A stretch of 64,000 bases of DNA from Pavona decussata. Lineage: Eukaryota. This document shows, piece by piece, positions 61,639-64,000 of this stretch; position 1 is the stretch's first letter, and each line of letters starts with the position of its first letter. The stretch covers positions 620,001 through 684,000 of the forward strand of contig CDRNST010000359.1 in NCBI GenBank assembly GCA_977016875.1. The letters are read 5' to 3'. The translations under genes were made by a program, and so were the position numbers. The notes beneath the pieces were generated by a model, which was not told the DNA's origin, searched no databases, and saw only the letters and a program-made list of their open reading frames with translations.

Positions 61639-64000
61639 TTAAAAATTGGCTCGGAGAGAAATTTGAGGAGAATGACAGACCTCCTGAGCAGACGAATCAG
61701 TATTTTTTGCTTTTATCAATGCATGCCTTTTCTAATGTTTCATTTTGATGAGCTCACCGCTGAAATAATTAAGTCCTTAAGATTATTATTATTATTAACC
61801 ATACATGAAAACAATGATAAGAATTATGGTTAATGCTTATTGATTGAACTTTACATCAATAGCAATAAGAACTAAGTCCACTTCGTCGCTTTCTCCTTCT
61901 GGTAGGATATTGAGTTTAAAGTGTATATTTTGAAATGCATCAGGAAGTCGATCTTTTTAAATGCTTATGGATGCAAGCAAAAAAACTGTCCACTCGGTCA
62001 CGGTCGGTCGTTCAGCTGTTCATCCGGTTTCACTATGTTTCTTGTTCGTTCGCCGTTCATGCCAGTGGACGCTCGCTGGCCCTTTTTTGTTTAGTCGCTT
62101 GTTCATCCGCTCGTTGTTCGCTTGTGCGTTCGTTTGAACTCGTTATATAGAGGTTCGTTAACTCGATCACATAATGTTGCGCAATTTACTTGACTCTGAG
62201 ACAACTTCCGCTCAGGTTGTTGAAACATCAGGGAACTTATTAAAGCACAGACATTTTTAAGCCACTGACGGCAACCGGAAATTGAATTTTTCCTTTCTTG
62301 GAGTGTTTTCAAGTCATCGTGTTTGTAACGTCAAGCCAAGGTCATCAATAAGAGTTTTTCCTGTCTTTGGTAAGGAGCAAAACCACACCTAAAAAGGAAA
62401 CATTCGACTTCCGTGGCTCACGAACGTCAGTCACCTCAAACAGTCCTTCTCAAGACTTCACTTGACCTGGATGATCATAATTTACCTACTTATGAGAAGA
62501 CAAATGAAAAGCGCTTCGTAACGCTATGAGGACTCTTAATTGTTTTGTCAAAACTGGCTCCAACGCGACGCTCTCTTAGAAAACCGAAGAGTCAAGGGAA
62601 AAAACATTGCAATTAATCACATGTAATCAATTTCCCAAGAGCCAACCACAGACCCTATTTATAGTTTCAGAAATTTATTAGTTAAGAGAATGGAATTGTT
62701 TATTTTTTCTTTCAGTCCGTTTCATGAGGCGTTAAGCCTTTTAAAGTCATACGTACACATAAAGCTACATAACCGTCGACCGGTTAGCTCCCGTCTCACA
62801 ACCCTTGTTCTTAATAATCTGTGGGACGTTAAAGAATCCACACACTGTTTAAAAAGAGAAGGGGACGTAGTCCCGGTGTTGTGGTAAAATCTCTATCTCT
62901 CAATTCATCTGTCTTTCACATTCATTTGTGGGTTGGTGAGATCAAAATATGGATCGGACCTGATCAGTGCCTGCTAGTGGCGCCTTTACATGCTGACGTC
63001 CGATCTCACCCCACAGAAGATTTGTAAACTGCCATGAGACTATGTGATATGTGAGGTATCTAAATACTTTAACATTATCATCATTACTTTTGTCTCCTAC
63101 AAAAAAATACCCACTCACTGTCCAAACACCAGTTTTTTTTTCTTTTTCAAAAGACTAGCGTGTCGGAACAGACGAACTGACGTGCGTGACTAAAAATATT
63201 ACATGATAGAACATTAACTAGCAAATTAATTGAATGAATAATGTCATGAAATATATCACAAAGGTGACAATGATGAAACTGCGCGTATCTATTGAGCTAA
63301 ACTAGACGCATAACTGCGTGTACTCGGGCTTCTCTTATGGAAATAAACTTTGTGTACAGGAATAAATATATCTCTAGATAATGTTGGCCAGTTGCCCAAC
63401 AACAAAACCGCGACAAAGGAGGTTTTTGTTGTGGCCGTTTTAGCGGTCAAGAAATGCTTTTGGCGATTGATCGACGATTTAAGTATTTTACAGACAAAAT
63501 GGACCAGATGGACGTGATTTGGACCATCGGCTTCAAAGCGAGCTAGGAGAACATCTATATTGCATACGTATTTACATATCCTTACATGAGAATAATTACA
63601 ATAAAGATAGATTTTTAGATTTTTTTATTTTAATTAATATGCACTATTTCAATAGTTTACTACAAAAGGAAATTACGATACATCACAAAAGTAACATAAG
63701 GACAATATTAAATAATATAAATCATCAACGGTAAAATGTGCGCAGTGACTAAAGGAGCTTAGGCTTTCGAGTTGGTCATTGCCACGTGCAGCTAACTGGC
63801 GTATAACGGGCAACTGAACAAGTAGCACAAAACAAAAGACAAGAAAAGTAAGAGTGCATTAAATCATACTACAATTTTTACATAAAAAAACAACAGAAAT
63901 GATAATTAATAGTGAGGGCAGAGAAATCAAAAACTCATTGGGTAATTAAAAGGTACAATTTGTATTGATTGTAGAAGCTGTTATATGGGACTTTTTTTAG

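Overview
AT-rich animal genomic DNA with spliceosomal introns, microsatellites and five assembly gaps. The repeat families and gene content suggest a scleractinian coral (inference). The window holds a divergently oriented cluster of five type-B carboxylesterase genes: three on the minus strand at the left (the first runs off the window) and two on the plus strand at the right. The four complete genes have two coding exons, a signal peptide, an intact Ser/Glu/His triad and a GPI-signal-like tail. Between the two arms lies a 10-exon minus-strand gene (34173->24111, about 1161 aa) that the ORF track shows only in part. It encodes two TTC4/Cns1-like TPR modules (each split by a U12-type intron), an array of 120-bp/40-aa TPR repeats with hypervariable helix-A positions, and a caspase-like CHAT domain whose expected nucleophile Cys is Ser. 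Also present: a complete minimal type I hammerhead ribozyme (17274-17314, minus strand), a ~4-kb tandem duplication with copy-specific insertions, a 1.3-kb Mutator-like element with a 9-bp TSD, tRNA-derived SINEs, LINE and Penelope remnants, and many MITEs.
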